In this document: positions 1 through 11,400 of the stretch, in pieces
Numbering within the stretch: the first letter of the stretch is position 1
Layout of the letters: each line of letters begins with the position of its first letter
NCBI GenBank assembly: GCA_016790425.1
Contig: JAEUPF010000095.1
Span: forward strand, 10,170-74,169
Direction of reading: 5' to 3'
From: Rubrivivax sp.
GTDB lineage: Bacteria > Pseudomonadota > Gammaproteobacteria > Burkholderiales > Burkholderiaceae_C
DNA length: 64,000 bases
The notes under the pieces: model-generated
Told to the model about the DNA's origin: nothing
What the model saw: the letters and a program-made list of their open reading frames with translations, nothing else
The model's database searches: none
Translations under genes and position numbers: made by a program

Positions 1-121
1 AACGAACGAACGACCTAACGAACGACCTAACGAACGAACTAACGAACGAACCAACGAACCAACGAACGAACCAACGCACGAACGAATGGACCGAACGAAC
101 GGACGGAACGAACGGGACGGT
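1..121. repeat. Degenerate (AACG)n tetranucleotide tandem repeat, truncated at window start
   Basis: aacgaacgaacgacctaacgaacg... continues to 121, with composition very different from the GC-rich surroundings; lies just 3' of the minus-strand gene ending at 122. Confidence 0.95.
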
Positions 122-748
122 TCAGGCCGGCGTGCCGAGCATGCCGGCCCTGAGCTTCTTGTGGTACGGGCGGTCGCCGACGAAGGATCGCAGCACCGCG
201 GCGTAGAAGTCGGCGCCGGGGATGGGCTCGCCGCGCGGCCGGCCGTTGAGCAGCAGGGTGGTGCCTTGCGCGGGGTTGAAGTCGAGGTCGATCGCGTCGC
301 CGCTCTTCAGGCTGCCGGCCGACTGCATCCATTCGAACATCCGCGCCAGCCGCGCCTGCAGCGCCTCGGTCTCGGCCGGGCTACAGTTCTTCAGCACGCC
401 CTTGTCGAAGCCCTTGGCCAGTTCGACCGCCGGCGCGTCGACCAGCAGCACGAGGCGAACCCGCTTCGGGCCCGGCTGCTGCAACACCTCGGCCGCGGTG
501 CGGGCCGGCCGCGCCAGGTACAGCGCCGCCACATACGCCTTGAACCAGCCGGCGGCACGCAACCCGGTGCCGTTGAGCACCAGCGCCTGCCCGGCCAGCG
601 TGATGCGGTCTTCGAACTGCACGCCTTCGAAGGTGGCGGCGCGGGCGCCCGGCGCCGCAACGGCAACCGCGGCGACCGCGGCGACCGCTGCTGCGGCCCG
701 GCGCAGCAGCCGGCGGCGGTTGATCGATCCAGGGGACACGGGGTTCAT
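122..748 (-). CDS. Chalcone isomerase-like family protein with Tat-type signal peptide
   Basis: MNPVSPGSINRRRLLRR-hydrophobic-ARA signal, then LVLNGTGLR...FKAYVAALYL...GADFYAAVLRSFVGDRP...LRAGMLG, typical of bacterial Chalcone_3-type proteins; ATG at 748. Confidence 0.8.
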   Translation of the reverse strand: MNPVSPGSINRRRLLRRAAAAVAAVAAVAVAAPGARAATFEGVQFEDRITLAGQALVLNGTGLRAAGWFKAYVAALYLARPARTAAEVLQQPGPKRVRLVLLVDAPAVELAKGFDKGVLKNCSPAETEALQARLARMFEWMQSAGSLKSGDAIDLDFNPAQGTTLLLNGRPRGEPIPGADFYAAVLRSFVGDRPYHKKLRAGMLGTPA

Positions 749-856
749 CGGGGGCGCATTGTCCCTGAGTGCTGCGCACCACAACGCCACGGCTGCCTTG
801 GCCGCCGACCGCGATGAGCACGCCGCAGCAGGCACGCTGAGGCAGACTTCGCGCCC

Positions 857-1783
857 ATGTCGGTGGCGCTGCTGCTCGTTCCGGACTTCCTGCTCATCGC
901 CGCCGGCTGGTTCATCTGCCGGCACACGGCGCTGAACCGGCCGGTATGGGACGGCGCCGAACGGCTCGTCTACCACGTGCTGTTCCCGGCCCTGCTGTTC
1001 GAGGCGATCGTGCGCAACCCGCCGCAGCTTCAGGCAGCCGCGCCGCTGGCGGCCAGCGCCTTCGGCCTCACTGCGGTGGGGGTGTTGCTGGCGCTGGCGC
1101 TGGCCGCCTGGCCGGGCACCGATCGGCGCGCGCATGCTTCGGGCGCGCAGACGGCGTTCCGCTTCAACTCGTACATCGCGCTGGCGCTGGCTGCGCGGCT
1201 GGGCGGCGCCGAAGCGGTGGCCGCGATGGCGGTGATCATCTCGGTGTGCGTGCCGCTGTGCAACGTGGCCGCGGTGTGGCCGCTGACGCGGCTGGCGCAG
1301 CCGGGCGGCCAGGGCTACCTGCGCGAGCTGGCGCGCAACCCGCTGATCATCGCCACCGTGGCGGGCAGCGTGTTCAACGCGCTCGGGCTGCGCCTGCCCG
1401 AATGGCTGGCGATCACGCTGGCACGCATGGGAGCGGCGGCGTTGCCGCTGGGGCTGATGGCGGTGGGCGCCGGGCTCACCTTCGGCGCCCTGCGCGAAGC
1501 GCCGCGGCTCGCGGCGGCGTTGCTGGCCATCCGGCACGCGGTGCTGCCCGCGCTGGCCGTCGCGCTGGCGGCTTTGGCCGCCGCGCCGCTGCAACTGGGG
1601 CCGCTGCAGCAGTCGCTGCTGGTCACCTTCGCCTCGCTGCCGACCTCTTCGAGCGCCTACGTGCTGGCCGTGCGCCTGGGCGGCCACGGCGCCTACGTGG
1701 CGGGCATCGTCACGGTGTCGACGATCCTGGCGATGGCGGGGTTGCCGCTGGCGCTGTCAGCGCTTGCGCACTGGCGTGGCTGA
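857..1783 (+). CDS. AEC (auxin efflux carrier) family transporter
   Basis: About 10 TM segments; LVYHVLFPALLF, FRFNSYIALA, ARNPLIIA and PTSSSAYVLA motifs. Confidence 0.9.
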   Translation: MSVALLLVPDFLLIAAGWFICRHTALNRPVWDGAERLVYHVLFPALLFEAIVRNPPQLQAAAPLAASAFGLTAVGVLLALALAAWPGTDRRAHASGAQTAFRFNSYIALALAARLGGAEAVAAMAVIISVCVPLCNVAAVWPLTRLAQPGGQGYLRELARNPLIIATVAGSVFNALGLRLPEWLAITLARMGAAALPLGLMAVGAGLTFGALREAPRLAAALLAIRHAVLPALAVALAALAAAPLQLGPLQQSLLVTFASLPTSSSAYVLAVRLGGHGAYVAGIVTVSTILAMAGLPLALSALAHWRG

Positions 1784-2981
1784 AGGAGACGGCGGCGGCG
1801 GGCGGTTGCTGCGCCAAGGCCCAGTCGATGTGCTCGCGAGCGAGGTCGTCGGCAACGTCGCGCGCGGCGGCGAGCGCCTGGGCGATCGGTGCTGCATCGG
1901 CCACGCCGGCACGCAGCGCATTGCCCAGCGCCACCGCGAGGTTGCGCCGCCAGCGCGCGTAGCCGATGCGCCGGATCGGGCTGCCTTCGCTGCGGCGGCC
2001 GAACTCGGCTTCGTCCCAGGACCACAGCGCGAGCAGCGGCGCGCCGCTGCCGCCCAGGCCCGGGCGCTCGTCGAAGTCGGGCAGCGCGCTGCGCCGGGCG
2101 AACTTGTTCCACGGGCAGACGAGCTGGCAGTCGTCGCAGCCGTAGATGCGGTTGCCGATCGCGTGGCGCAGCTCGAGCGGAATCGGTCCGTGCAGTTCGA
2201 TCGTCAGGTAGCTGATGCAGCGGCGCGCGTCCAGCCGCCCCGGCGCGACGATGGCGCCGGTGGGGCAGGCGGCCAGGCACGCGGTGCAGCTGCCGCAGTG
2301 GCCCTGCTGCGCCGCCCCTTCCCGCATGCCGCCGCTGCCCGCGCCGCCCGGTGCTGCCTCCGGCACGGTCGGGTCGGCCAGCGGCAGGTCGACGAAGATC
2401 TCGCCGAGGAAGAACATCGAGCCGGCGTCGCGCGCCAGCGCCAGCGTGTGCTTGCCGCGCCAGGCGAGGCCGGCGCGAGCGGCCAGTTCCACCTCGAGCA
2501 CCGGCGCCGAGTCGGTGAAGACACGGTGCCCGAACGGCCCCACCTCGGCGGCGATGCGGTCGGCCAGTTGCGCCAGCCGCGCGCGCAGCACCTTGTGGTA
2601 GTCGCGGCCGCGCGCGTACAGCGACACCACCGCTTCGCCGGGCTGCGCCAGCCGCGCCGTCTCGCGCACCGTCCAGTCGGCCGGCGTGTCGCGCGGCAGG
2701 TAGTCCATGCGCGCCGTGATCACGCTCGCGGTGCCGGGCACCAGTTCGGCCGGGCGCGCGCGCTTCAGGCCGTGGCGCGCCATGTAGTCCATCGAGCCGT
2801 GGAAGCCCGCGGCGAGCCACGCTGAAAGCCCGGCCTCGGCACTGGCCAAATCGATGCCGGCGATGCCGATCTGGGAGAATCCGCACTCGTGCGCCCAAGC
2901 CGCAAGCCGCTTTCGCAAGCCGACGAGGTCGACCCGACCTGGCCTGCCGTTCGCCGCGGTGATCGCTGGCCCTTGCCCCAT
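1710..2981 (-). CDS. queG: tRNA epoxyqueuosine(34) reductase QueG
   Basis: YARGRDYH, DSAPVLE, CGSCTACLAACPTGAI, CISYLTIE and IYGCDDCQLVCPWN motifs; divergent from tsaE-amiC as is typical; start approximate. Confidence 0.95.
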   Translation of the reverse strand: MGQGPAITAANGRPGRVDLVGLRKRLAAWAHECGFSQIGIAGIDLASAEAGLSAWLAAGFHGSMDYMARHGLKRARPAELVPGTASVITARMDYLPRDTPADWTVRETARLAQPGEAVVSLYARGRDYHKVLRARLAQLADRIAAEVGPFGHRVFTDSAPVLEVELAARAGLAWRGKHTLALARDAGSMFFLGEIFVDLPLADPTVPEAAPGGAGSGGMREGAAQQGHCGSCTACLAACPTGAIVAPGRLDARRCISYLTIELHGPIPLELRHAIGNRIYGCDDCQLVCPWNKFARRSALPDFDERPGLGGSGAPLLALWSWDEAEFGRRSEGSPIRRIGYARWRRNLAVALGNALRAGVADAAPIAQALAAARDVADDLAREHIDWALAQQPPAAAVSFSHASAQALTAPAATPPSPGSSTP

Positions 2982-2987
2982 CACGCG

Positions 2988-3563
2988 ATGATGGCAGCAG
3001 GCGGCGACGACGAGCGGGGGAGGGGCACGCCGGCTTCTGCCCCGACGCTGGCTGCTTCGGCGCCGCGGGCCGATGCCGGCGCGGCTGTCGCGCGGGCCTG
3101 GGTCTGGCCCGACGAGGCCGCCTGTGCCGCGCAGGCCGCGGCGCTCGCCGGCAGGGTCGCCGCCCGGGCCGCCGTGCCCGGGCCGCCGTTCAGCCTGACG
3201 ATCGAACTGCACGGCCCGCTGGGCGCCGGCAAGACCACGTTCGTTCGCCACCTGGTGCGCGCACTGGGCGTGGGCGGCCGCATCAAGAGCCCCACCTACA
3301 CCGTCGTCGAGCCGTACCGCGCCGGCGCGCTGGACATCGCGCACTTCGACTTCTATCGCTTCGCCGACGAGCGCGAACTCGGCGACGCCGGTCTGCGCGA
3401 GATGTTCGCCGCGCCGGGCCTGAAGCTCGTCGAATGGGCGACCAACGCCGGGCCGCTGCGGCCACCGGCCGACCTGGTGCTCGACATCGAGCCGCAGGAA
3501 GACGACAGCCGCCGCGTGCGCGTGCACGCAGCCACGGCCCGCGGGCAGGAGCTGCTGGCGTGA
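2988..3563 (+). CDS. tsaE: tRNA threonylcarbamoyladenosine biosynthesis ATPase TsaE
   Basis: GPLGAGKTT P-loop, KSPTYT, HFDFYR, LVEW; start uncertain. Confidence 0.95.
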   Translation: MMAAGGDDERGRGTPASAPTLAASAPRADAGAAVARAWVWPDEAACAAQAAALAGRVAARAAVPGPPFSLTIELHGPLGAGKTTFVRHLVRALGVGGRIKSPTYTVVEPYRAGALDIAHFDFYRFADERELGDAGLREMFAAPGLKLVEWATNAGPLRPPADLVLDIEPQEDDSRRVRVHAATARGQELLA

Positions 3564-5191
3564 GGCGGCGGCCCTTGTCGTCGCCACCGCCACCCTTGTT
3601 CGCCGAGAGCCACTCGCGCCACTCGCGCCAGCCGGACCACTCGCGCCAGTCGGACCACTCGCGCCAGCCGGACCTGTCGGACCACTCGCGCCAGTCGGAC
3701 CAGTCGGGCCACTCGCGCCGCTCGCTGCTCTTCGCCGCCGCGCCGGTGGTGCTGTCGTTCGGCGCCTTCGTCGTGGCCCGCCCGAGTGCGGCCGCGACCC
3801 CGCCCGCACCCGCGCCGGCCCCGGCCGCCGCCAGCGGTGCCGGCGGCGCGCCCCCTGCGGCAGCGCCGGCCGCGACGCCGGCGGCCGCCGCGGCAGGCGA
3901 CCCGACGATCGTCGCCGTGCGCTTGTGGCCGTCGCTGGAGTACACGCGCGTGACGATCGAGTCCGACCGCGTGCTCGCGGCGCGACACAACCTCGTCGAG
4001 TCGCCGCCGCGGCTGACGGTGGACCTCGAGGGGCTCGAGCTCGACGCGGCGCTGCGCGAACTCGTCGGCCAGGTGCGGGCCGACGACCCCTTCATCCGCG
4101 GCGTGCGCGCCGGCCAGTTCCAGCCGCGCGTCGTGCGCATCGTGTTCGACCTCAAGCAGGCCGTGCGCCCCGAGCAGTTCGCGCTGCAACCGGTGCCGCC
4201 GTACCAGCACCGGCTGATCTTCGACCTCTATCCCACCGAAGAACGCGACCCTCTGCTGGCGCTGGTGCGCGAGCGCGAGGAGGCGAGCGACCGCGCGGCG
4301 CGCGCGCTGCAGGATTCGCTGGCCGACTTCATCGCCCGCATCGAGCGCATCGAGCGCCGGCCGGGCGGCGCGGCGGCCGGGCCTGCCGTCGCGGCGCCGC
4401 CGCCGCCGACGGTGCCGATGACGCCGGCGCCGCCGCCACCGCAGCCGCCGCTGACGGCGGCCGAGCGCCAGCGGGTCGAGCGGCTCGTGATCGTGGCCAT
4501 CGACCCCGGCCATGGCGGCGAGGACCCGGGCGCCATCGGCCCCAGCGGCCTGCGCGAGAAGGACGTGGTGCTGGCGCTGGCACTCGAGCTGCGCGACCGC
4601 CTCAACGCCGTGCCCGGCATGCGCGTGATGCTGACGCGCGACTCCGACCACTTCGTGCCGCTGTGGGACCGCGTGCGCAAGGCGCGGCGCGTGCAGGCCG
4701 ACCTCTTCGTCAGCCTGCACGCCGACGCCTTCATGAAGCGCGAGGCGCGCGGCGCCAGCGTGTTCGCGCTCTCCACCCGCGGCGCCAGCAGCGCCGCGGC
4801 GCGCTGGATGGCCGAGCGCGAGAACGCCGCCGACCGGGTCGGCGGCGTCAACGCCGCCGGCGTGCGCGACCCGCAGCTGCTGGAGGCGATGCTCGACATG
4901 AGCACCGCCGCGCAGATCAAGGACAGCCTGGCGCTGGGCCGCGAGGTGCTGGGCCGCATCGGCCGCGTCGGCGAGCTGCACAAGCGCGAGGTCGAGCAGG
5001 CCGGCTTCGCGGTGCTGAAAGCGCCCGACATCCCGAGCATCCTGGTGGAGACCGCGTTCATCTCCAACCGCGCCGAAGAGAAGCTGCTGCGCAGCGCCGA
5101 GTACCGCACCCAGCTCGTCGGCGCCATCGCCGCGGGCGTGCGGCGCTACTTCGCGAAGAACCCGCCGCTCAGGCGGCAGCGGCAGATCTGA
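3560..5191 (+). CDS. amiC: N-acetylmuramoyl-L-alanine amidase (AMIN + Amidase_3), Tat-exported
   Basis: GTG overlaps tsaE stop (GTGA); SRRSLL twin-Arg motif; AVRLWPSLEYTRVTIE AMIN domain; IDPGHGGEDPGA, SLHADA, SILVETAFISN. Confidence 0.93.
   Translation: MRRRPLSSPPPPLFAESHSRHSRQPDHSRQSDHSRQPDLSDHSRQSDQSGHSRRSLLFAAAPVVLSFGAFVVARPSAAATPPAPAPAPAAASGAGGAPPAAAPAATPAAAAAGDPTIVAVRLWPSLEYTRVTIESDRVLAARHNLVESPPRLTVDLEGLELDAALRELVGQVRADDPFIRGVRAGQFQPRVVRIVFDLKQAVRPEQFALQPVPPYQHRLIFDLYPTEERDPLLALVREREEASDRAARALQDSLADFIARIERIERRPGGAAAGPAVAAPPPPTVPMTPAPPPPQPPLTAAERQRVERLVIVAIDPGHGGEDPGAIGPSGLREKDVVLALALELRDRLNAVPGMRVMLTRDSDHFVPLWDRVRKARRVQADLFVSLHADAFMKREARGASVFALSTRGASSAAARWMAERENAADRVGGVNAAGVRDPQLLEAMLDMSTAAQIKDSLALGREVLGRIGRVGELHKREVEQAGFAVLKAPDIPSILVETAFISNRAEEKLLRSAEYRTQLVGAIAAGVRRYFAKNPPLRRQRQI
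3610..3720 (+). repeat. In-frame 9/18-bp tandem repeat (CCACTCGCGCCAGYCGGA) in amiC N-terminus
   Basis: Four 18-bp units plus 9-bp half units, encoding HSRQ(P/S)D repeats. Confidence 0.95.
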
Positions 5192-5217
5192 GCGGCAGGC
5201 CGCCGGCGGCCTGCCGC
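5192..5217. terminator. Perfect 26-bp palindrome between convergent amiC and DMT genes (possible bidirectional terminator, no U tract)
   Basis: GCGGCAGGCCGCCGGCGGCCTGCCGC is its own reverse complement. Confidence 0.55.
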
Positions 5218-5218
5218 C

Positions 5219-6141
5219 TCAGCGCGAACGCAGCACCAGCGCGATCGCGCCCACCATCAGCACCACCGCGGCCCAGTCCTGCCAGTGCAGCACCTCGCCG
5301 AGGAAGACCGCGCCGCTGAACACGCCCAGCACGGGGATCAGCATGACGCTGATGCTCGAAGCCACCGGCGGCAGCGTGCGCGCCAGGTACAGCCACGCCG
5401 CCTGCGAGAAACCGAAGATCACCACGGCGTTGAAGGCCACCGCGGCGGCCACCGGCGGCTGCGGCCAGCGCCAGCGCTGGCTTTCGAACAAGAGCGCCAG
5501 CAGCGACAGCACCACCGCGCAGGCCACCGTCATCCAGAAGACGATCGCCAGCAGCGGCACCGGGACCGTCGAACGCCTGAGCATGTGCGTGCCCAGCGCC
5601 CACACCGCCGCTGCGCCGACGATGCCGGCCGCCGCCCACGGCGCGCCGGCGAGCCGGGTGAACTCCTCGGACAGCAGCAGCAGCACGCCCAGCGCCGCCG
5701 CCGCCACGCCGGCCCACTGCCGCGCCGCGAGGCGATCGCCGTAGACGAAGAAGCCCACCAGCGCCACGAAGATCGGCATCGTGTAGCCGAGGATCGCCGA
5801 ACGCCCCGAGCTGAGCGCCTGCACGCCGAAGATGATGACCACGTGCCACACGAGCATGTTGGGCACCGTCAGCCGGGCCACCGCCGGCCAGTGCGCCCGC
5901 GGGATCGCCAGCGGCACCTTCAGCGACCGCACCGCCAGCCACAGCACGGGCAGGCCGAGCAGCATCGACAGCGCCCGGAAGGTCAACGGCGGATACGCGC
6001 TCGGTGCCGAGGGCAGGCCGCTGACGCCCACCTTCATCACCGGCCAGTTGATGCCCCAGGTCACCGTCAGCAGCACCAGCACGACGAGCTGCCGGCGCGT
6101 GAGCTGCACGCCGGCGGGCGGCGCGGGCGCGGTCGCAGCCG

Positions 6142-6145
<4 letters not shown>
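5219..6145 (-). CDS. DMT/EamA family transporter
   Basis: TWGINWPVMK, SGRSAILGYTMPIF and LIPVLGVFSGAVFLGE; two EamA repeats; ATGA-coupled to the upstream CorA gene. Confidence 0.9.
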
Positions 6146-8486
<2,341 letters not shown>

Positions 8487-8490
8487 CTAC

Positions 8491-8499
8491 TGCTAAACT
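8491..8499 (+). promoter_or_regulatory. Extended -10 promoter element (TGcTAAACT) for the candidate sRNA
   Basis: TGn-TAAACT ends 7 nt before the first hairpin. Confidence 0.6.
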
Positions 8500-8506
8500 G
8501 ATTTTT

Positions 8507-8620
8507 GAACGGCAGCCGCAAGGCGGTCGTTCCCTGCTTTTCCTCCCTGAGCAGGTGCCTTAGCGTGATGACAGCGATAAGGCTTGCCGGCCCCAGCCTC
8601 GCGCTGGGGCCGCTTTTTTT
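8507..8620 (+). ncRNA. Candidate small regulatory RNA (~115 nt, four stem-loops, anti-SD CCUCCC loop)
   Basis: Stems 8507-8532 (GCAA tetraloop), 8533-8555 (loop UUUCCUCCCUG), 8557-8583, and terminator 8588-8620; upstream promoter motif present. Confidence 0.75.
8588..8620 (+). terminator. Rho-independent terminator
   Basis: CGGCCCCAGC-ctcgc-GCTGGGGCCG followed by T7. Confidence 0.9.
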
Positions 8621-8639
8621 GCACCGCGATAATCGTCCG

Positions 8640-9083
8640 ATGGCTTCATCGGCGTTCCTGTGGGTCAAGGCGTTCCACATCGTCTTCGTCGCCGCGTGGT
8701 TCGCGGGGCTGTTCTACCTGCCGCGCTTCTTCGTCAATCTGGCCGATGTGGCCCCCGACAGCCACGCCGAGCGCGAGCGCCTGCTCGTGATGGCGCGGCG
8801 CCTGCTGCGCTTCGCGATGCTGCTGATGATCCCCGCGCTCGTGCTGGGCGTCGTGCTGTGGCTGGGCTACGGCGTGGGCCTGGGCAAGGGCAACGGCTGG
8901 ATGCACGCCAAGCTCGCGCTGGTGCTGGCGGCGGTCGGCTACCACCACGCCTGCGCACGGCTGCTGCGCGGCTTCGAGCAACTGCACAACCGGCGCAGCG
9001 CGCGCTGGTACCGCGTCTTCAACGAGCTGACGGTGCTGCTGTTCGCGGCCATCGTCGTCCTCGTCGTCGTCAAGCCGTTCTGA
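8640..9083 (+). CDS. hemJ: HemJ (CopD/UPF0093 family) protoporphyrinogen oxidase
   Basis: WVKAFHI..WFAGLFYLPR, GWMHAKL, RVFNE, LVVVKPF. Confidence 0.88.
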   Translation: MASSAFLWVKAFHIVFVAAWFAGLFYLPRFFVNLADVAPDSHAERERLLVMARRLLRFAMLLMIPALVLGVVLWLGYGVGLGKGNGWMHAKLALVLAAVGYHHACARLLRGFEQLHNRRSARWYRVFNELTVLLFAAIVVLVVVKPF

Positions 9084-9132
9084 AGCCGCGAGCCGAGGGC
9101 GCTGGCCGCCGCGCACGCAATCCGAGGCTGCG

Positions 9133-10269
9133 ATGAACGGCCGCCGCCTTTCCACCGCCACGGTGCTGGCCGCGATGTACGCGGCGCTGGTGGCCTACGC
9201 CAGCCTCTACCCGTTCGAGGGCTGGCACTGGCCGGCCGGGGCCGGCTGGCCGGACCTCATCGGCTTGCCGTGGCCACCGTGGAGCGACGCCTTCGACCGC
9301 TACGCCAACCTGCTGGGCTACGTGCCGTTCGGGCTGCTCCTGGCCGTGGGGCGCCTGCGCGAGGGCGCCACGCCGGCGCGCGCGCTGTGGCCGGCGGTGC
9401 TGCTGCCCGCGCTGCTGTCGTACACGCTCGAAGTGCTGCAGACGCTGCTGCCGGTGCGCCACCCGTCGCTGAAGGACTGGGTGATGAACAGCGCCGGCAG
9501 CCTGGCCGGGGCCGGCGTGGCGCTGGCGATGCATCGCGCCGGCCTGGTGGAGAACTGGAGCGCGTTGCGCCAGCGCTGGTTCGAGCGCGAAAGCCAGGGC
9601 GCGCTGGCGTTGCTGGCGCTGTGGCCGGTGGGGCTGCTCTTCCCCGCGCCGGCACCGCTGGCGCTGGGGCAGATCGGCGGCGGCCGCCTGCTCGACGGCC
9701 TGGCCGCGTGGATCGAAGGGCTGCCGCTTTCCGAAGCGCTGCGCGAGGTGCTGTCGCCGTTGCCGGCCACGCACGCCGCGGTGGCGGCCACCCAGGTCGG
9801 GCTGACGCCGCTGGCCGAGGTGCTGATCGTCGCCCTCGGGCTGCTCGCCCCCTGCGTGGTGGCGTTCGCGGTCGTGCGGCCGGGCTGGCGGCGGCTCGCT
9901 CTTGCCGCCGGCGCGCTGGTGCTGGCTGCGGCGGGCATGACGCTGTCGACGCTGCTCAACTTCGGCCCCGGGCACGCACTGGCCTGGATCACGCCGTGGT
10001 CGCTGCCGGCGGTGGGCGTGGCCGCGCTCGTGGTGCTGGCGCTGGCGCCGATGTCGCGCCAGATGGTGCTGGGCGTGGGCCTGATGCTGCTGACCGGGCT
10101 CGTGGTCGGCGTGGCGCAGGCGCCGGCCGACCCGTACTTCGCGCAGAACCTGCAGTCGTGGGAACAAGGACGCTTCGTGCACTTCCACGGCCTGGCGCAA
10201 TGGGTCGGCTGGATGTGGCCTTATGCGGCCATCGCCTGGATGCTGTCGCGGCTGGCGGCGAAGTCGTGA
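9133..10269 (+). CDS. VanZ-like family membrane protein
   Basis: YASLYPF, NLLGYVPFG, LEVLQTLLPVRHPSLKDWVMNSAG; multiple TM segments. Confidence 0.85.
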   Translation: MNGRRLSTATVLAAMYAALVAYASLYPFEGWHWPAGAGWPDLIGLPWPPWSDAFDRYANLLGYVPFGLLLAVGRLREGATPARALWPAVLLPALLSYTLEVLQTLLPVRHPSLKDWVMNSAGSLAGAGVALAMHRAGLVENWSALRQRWFERESQGALALLALWPVGLLFPAPAPLALGQIGGGRLLDGLAAWIEGLPLSEALREVLSPLPATHAAVAATQVGLTPLAEVLIVALGLLAPCVVAFAVVRPGWRRLALAAGALVLAAAGMTLSTLLNFGPGHALAWITPWSLPAVGVAALVVLALAPMSRQMVLGVGLMLLTGLVVGVAQAPADPYFAQNLQSWEQGRFVHFHGLAQWVGWMWPYAAIAWMLSRLAAKS

Positions 10270-10382
10270 ACAGGCCGCGAGGGTCGGGCCTGCCGTTGCC
10301 GATGACCCGGCCCGCGCCGATGCGCCTGCGGGATGCCCATGCCGCAAGGCGCACGAGGGGCGCTCCCTACAATGCCGCACCG

Positions 10383-10709
10383 ATGAGCTACTACAAGCAC
10401 CACATCTTCTTCTGCCTGAACCAGCGCACCAACGGCGAAGCAAGTTGCGCCGACCACGATTCGCAAGGCGCGTTCGACCACTGCAAGGCGCGCGTCAAGG
10501 CGCTGGGGCTCGCCGGCCCCGGCGGCGTGCGCGTCAACAAGGCCGGCTGCCTGGACCGCTGCGCCGGCGGCCCGGTGGCCGTGGTGTACCCCGAAGAGAC
10601 CTGGTACACCTACGTCGACCGCAGCGACATCGACGAGATCGTCGAGTCGCACCTGCGCCAGGGCAAGCCGGTCGAGCGCCTGCTGCTGCCGCCGCACATC
10701 GGCCGATGA
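10383..10709 (+). CDS. Thioredoxin-like [2Fe-2S] ferredoxin
   Basis: HIFFCLNQR...SC...NKAGCLDRC..GPVAVVYPE.TWY. Confidence 0.93.
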   Translation: MSYYKHHIFFCLNQRTNGEASCADHDSQGAFDHCKARVKALGLAGPGGVRVNKAGCLDRCAGGPVAVVYPEETWYTYVDRSDIDEIVESHLRQGKPVERLLLPPHIGR

Positions 10710-11377
10710 GCGAACGGCGCAGCGTCGGCGGCCCGGCCGGCGCCCTGGAATGCGTGCTCGATGCGCCGGCGGCCGGCGTGCCGCCGCGCGGCATCGCGGT
10801 GCTGTGCCACCCGCACCCGCTGCACGGCGGCACGATGGACAACAAGGTCATCGTGACGCTGGCGCGCACCTTCGTGCAGCTCGGCTACGGCGCCGTGCGC
10901 TTCAACTTCCGGGGCGTCGGCGCCTCGGCCGGGCATTGGGACGAGGGCCGCGGCGAGGTCGACGATGCGCTGGCGGTCATCGCCGACGTGACCGCCGAGG
11001 CGGCCGCTGACGCCGCCGCCGCCGGGGCGCCCCCGCACGCCGTGCTGCCGCTCGTGCTCGCCGGCTTCTCCTTCGGCGGCTACGTCGCCACGCAGGCGGC
11101 GGCACGCCTGGCCGCGCAAGACCCGGCGGCTGGCAAGGGGCCGCGCAGCGCGCGCCTGGTGCTCGTCGCCCCCGCGGCGGGCCGCTTCACGCTGGCCCCG
11201 GTGCCGCCCGGCACGCTGGTCGTGCACGGCGAGGCCGACGACGTGGTGCCGCTGGCCGCGGTCCTCGAATGGGCGCGGCCGCAGTCGCTGCCGATCACGC
11301 TCGTGCCCGGAGCCGGGCACTTCTTCCACGGCCAGCTCACGGTGCTCAAGCAGATCGTGAGCGCGGCCTTGCGCTGA
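10706..11377 (+). CDS. Alpha/beta hydrolase
   Basis: HPHPLHGGTMDNKV, GFSFGG nucleophile elbow, GEADDVV, GHFFHG. Confidence 0.92.
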   Translation: MSERRSVGGPAGALECVLDAPAAGVPPRGIAVLCHPHPLHGGTMDNKVIVTLARTFVQLGYGAVRFNFRGVGASAGHWDEGRGEVDDALAVIADVTAEAAADAAAAGAPPHAVLPLVLAGFSFGGYVATQAAARLAAQDPAAGKGPRSARLVLVAPAAGRFTLAPVPPGTLVVHGEADDVVPLAAVLEWARPQSLPITLVPGAGHFFHGQLTVLKQIVSAALR

Positions 11378-11400
11378 CCTCCTTGCCGCTCGCGCCACCG

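Noticed and set aside
3610..3720. Repeat array as a CRISPR
   Set aside because: Units are contiguous with no unique spacers, are in frame within amiC, and no cas genes are present
8505..8639. N-terminal extension of HemJ from the TTG at 8505
   Set aside because: It runs through a strong terminator, HemJ homology begins at Met 8640, and a -10 element lies just upstream of 8640
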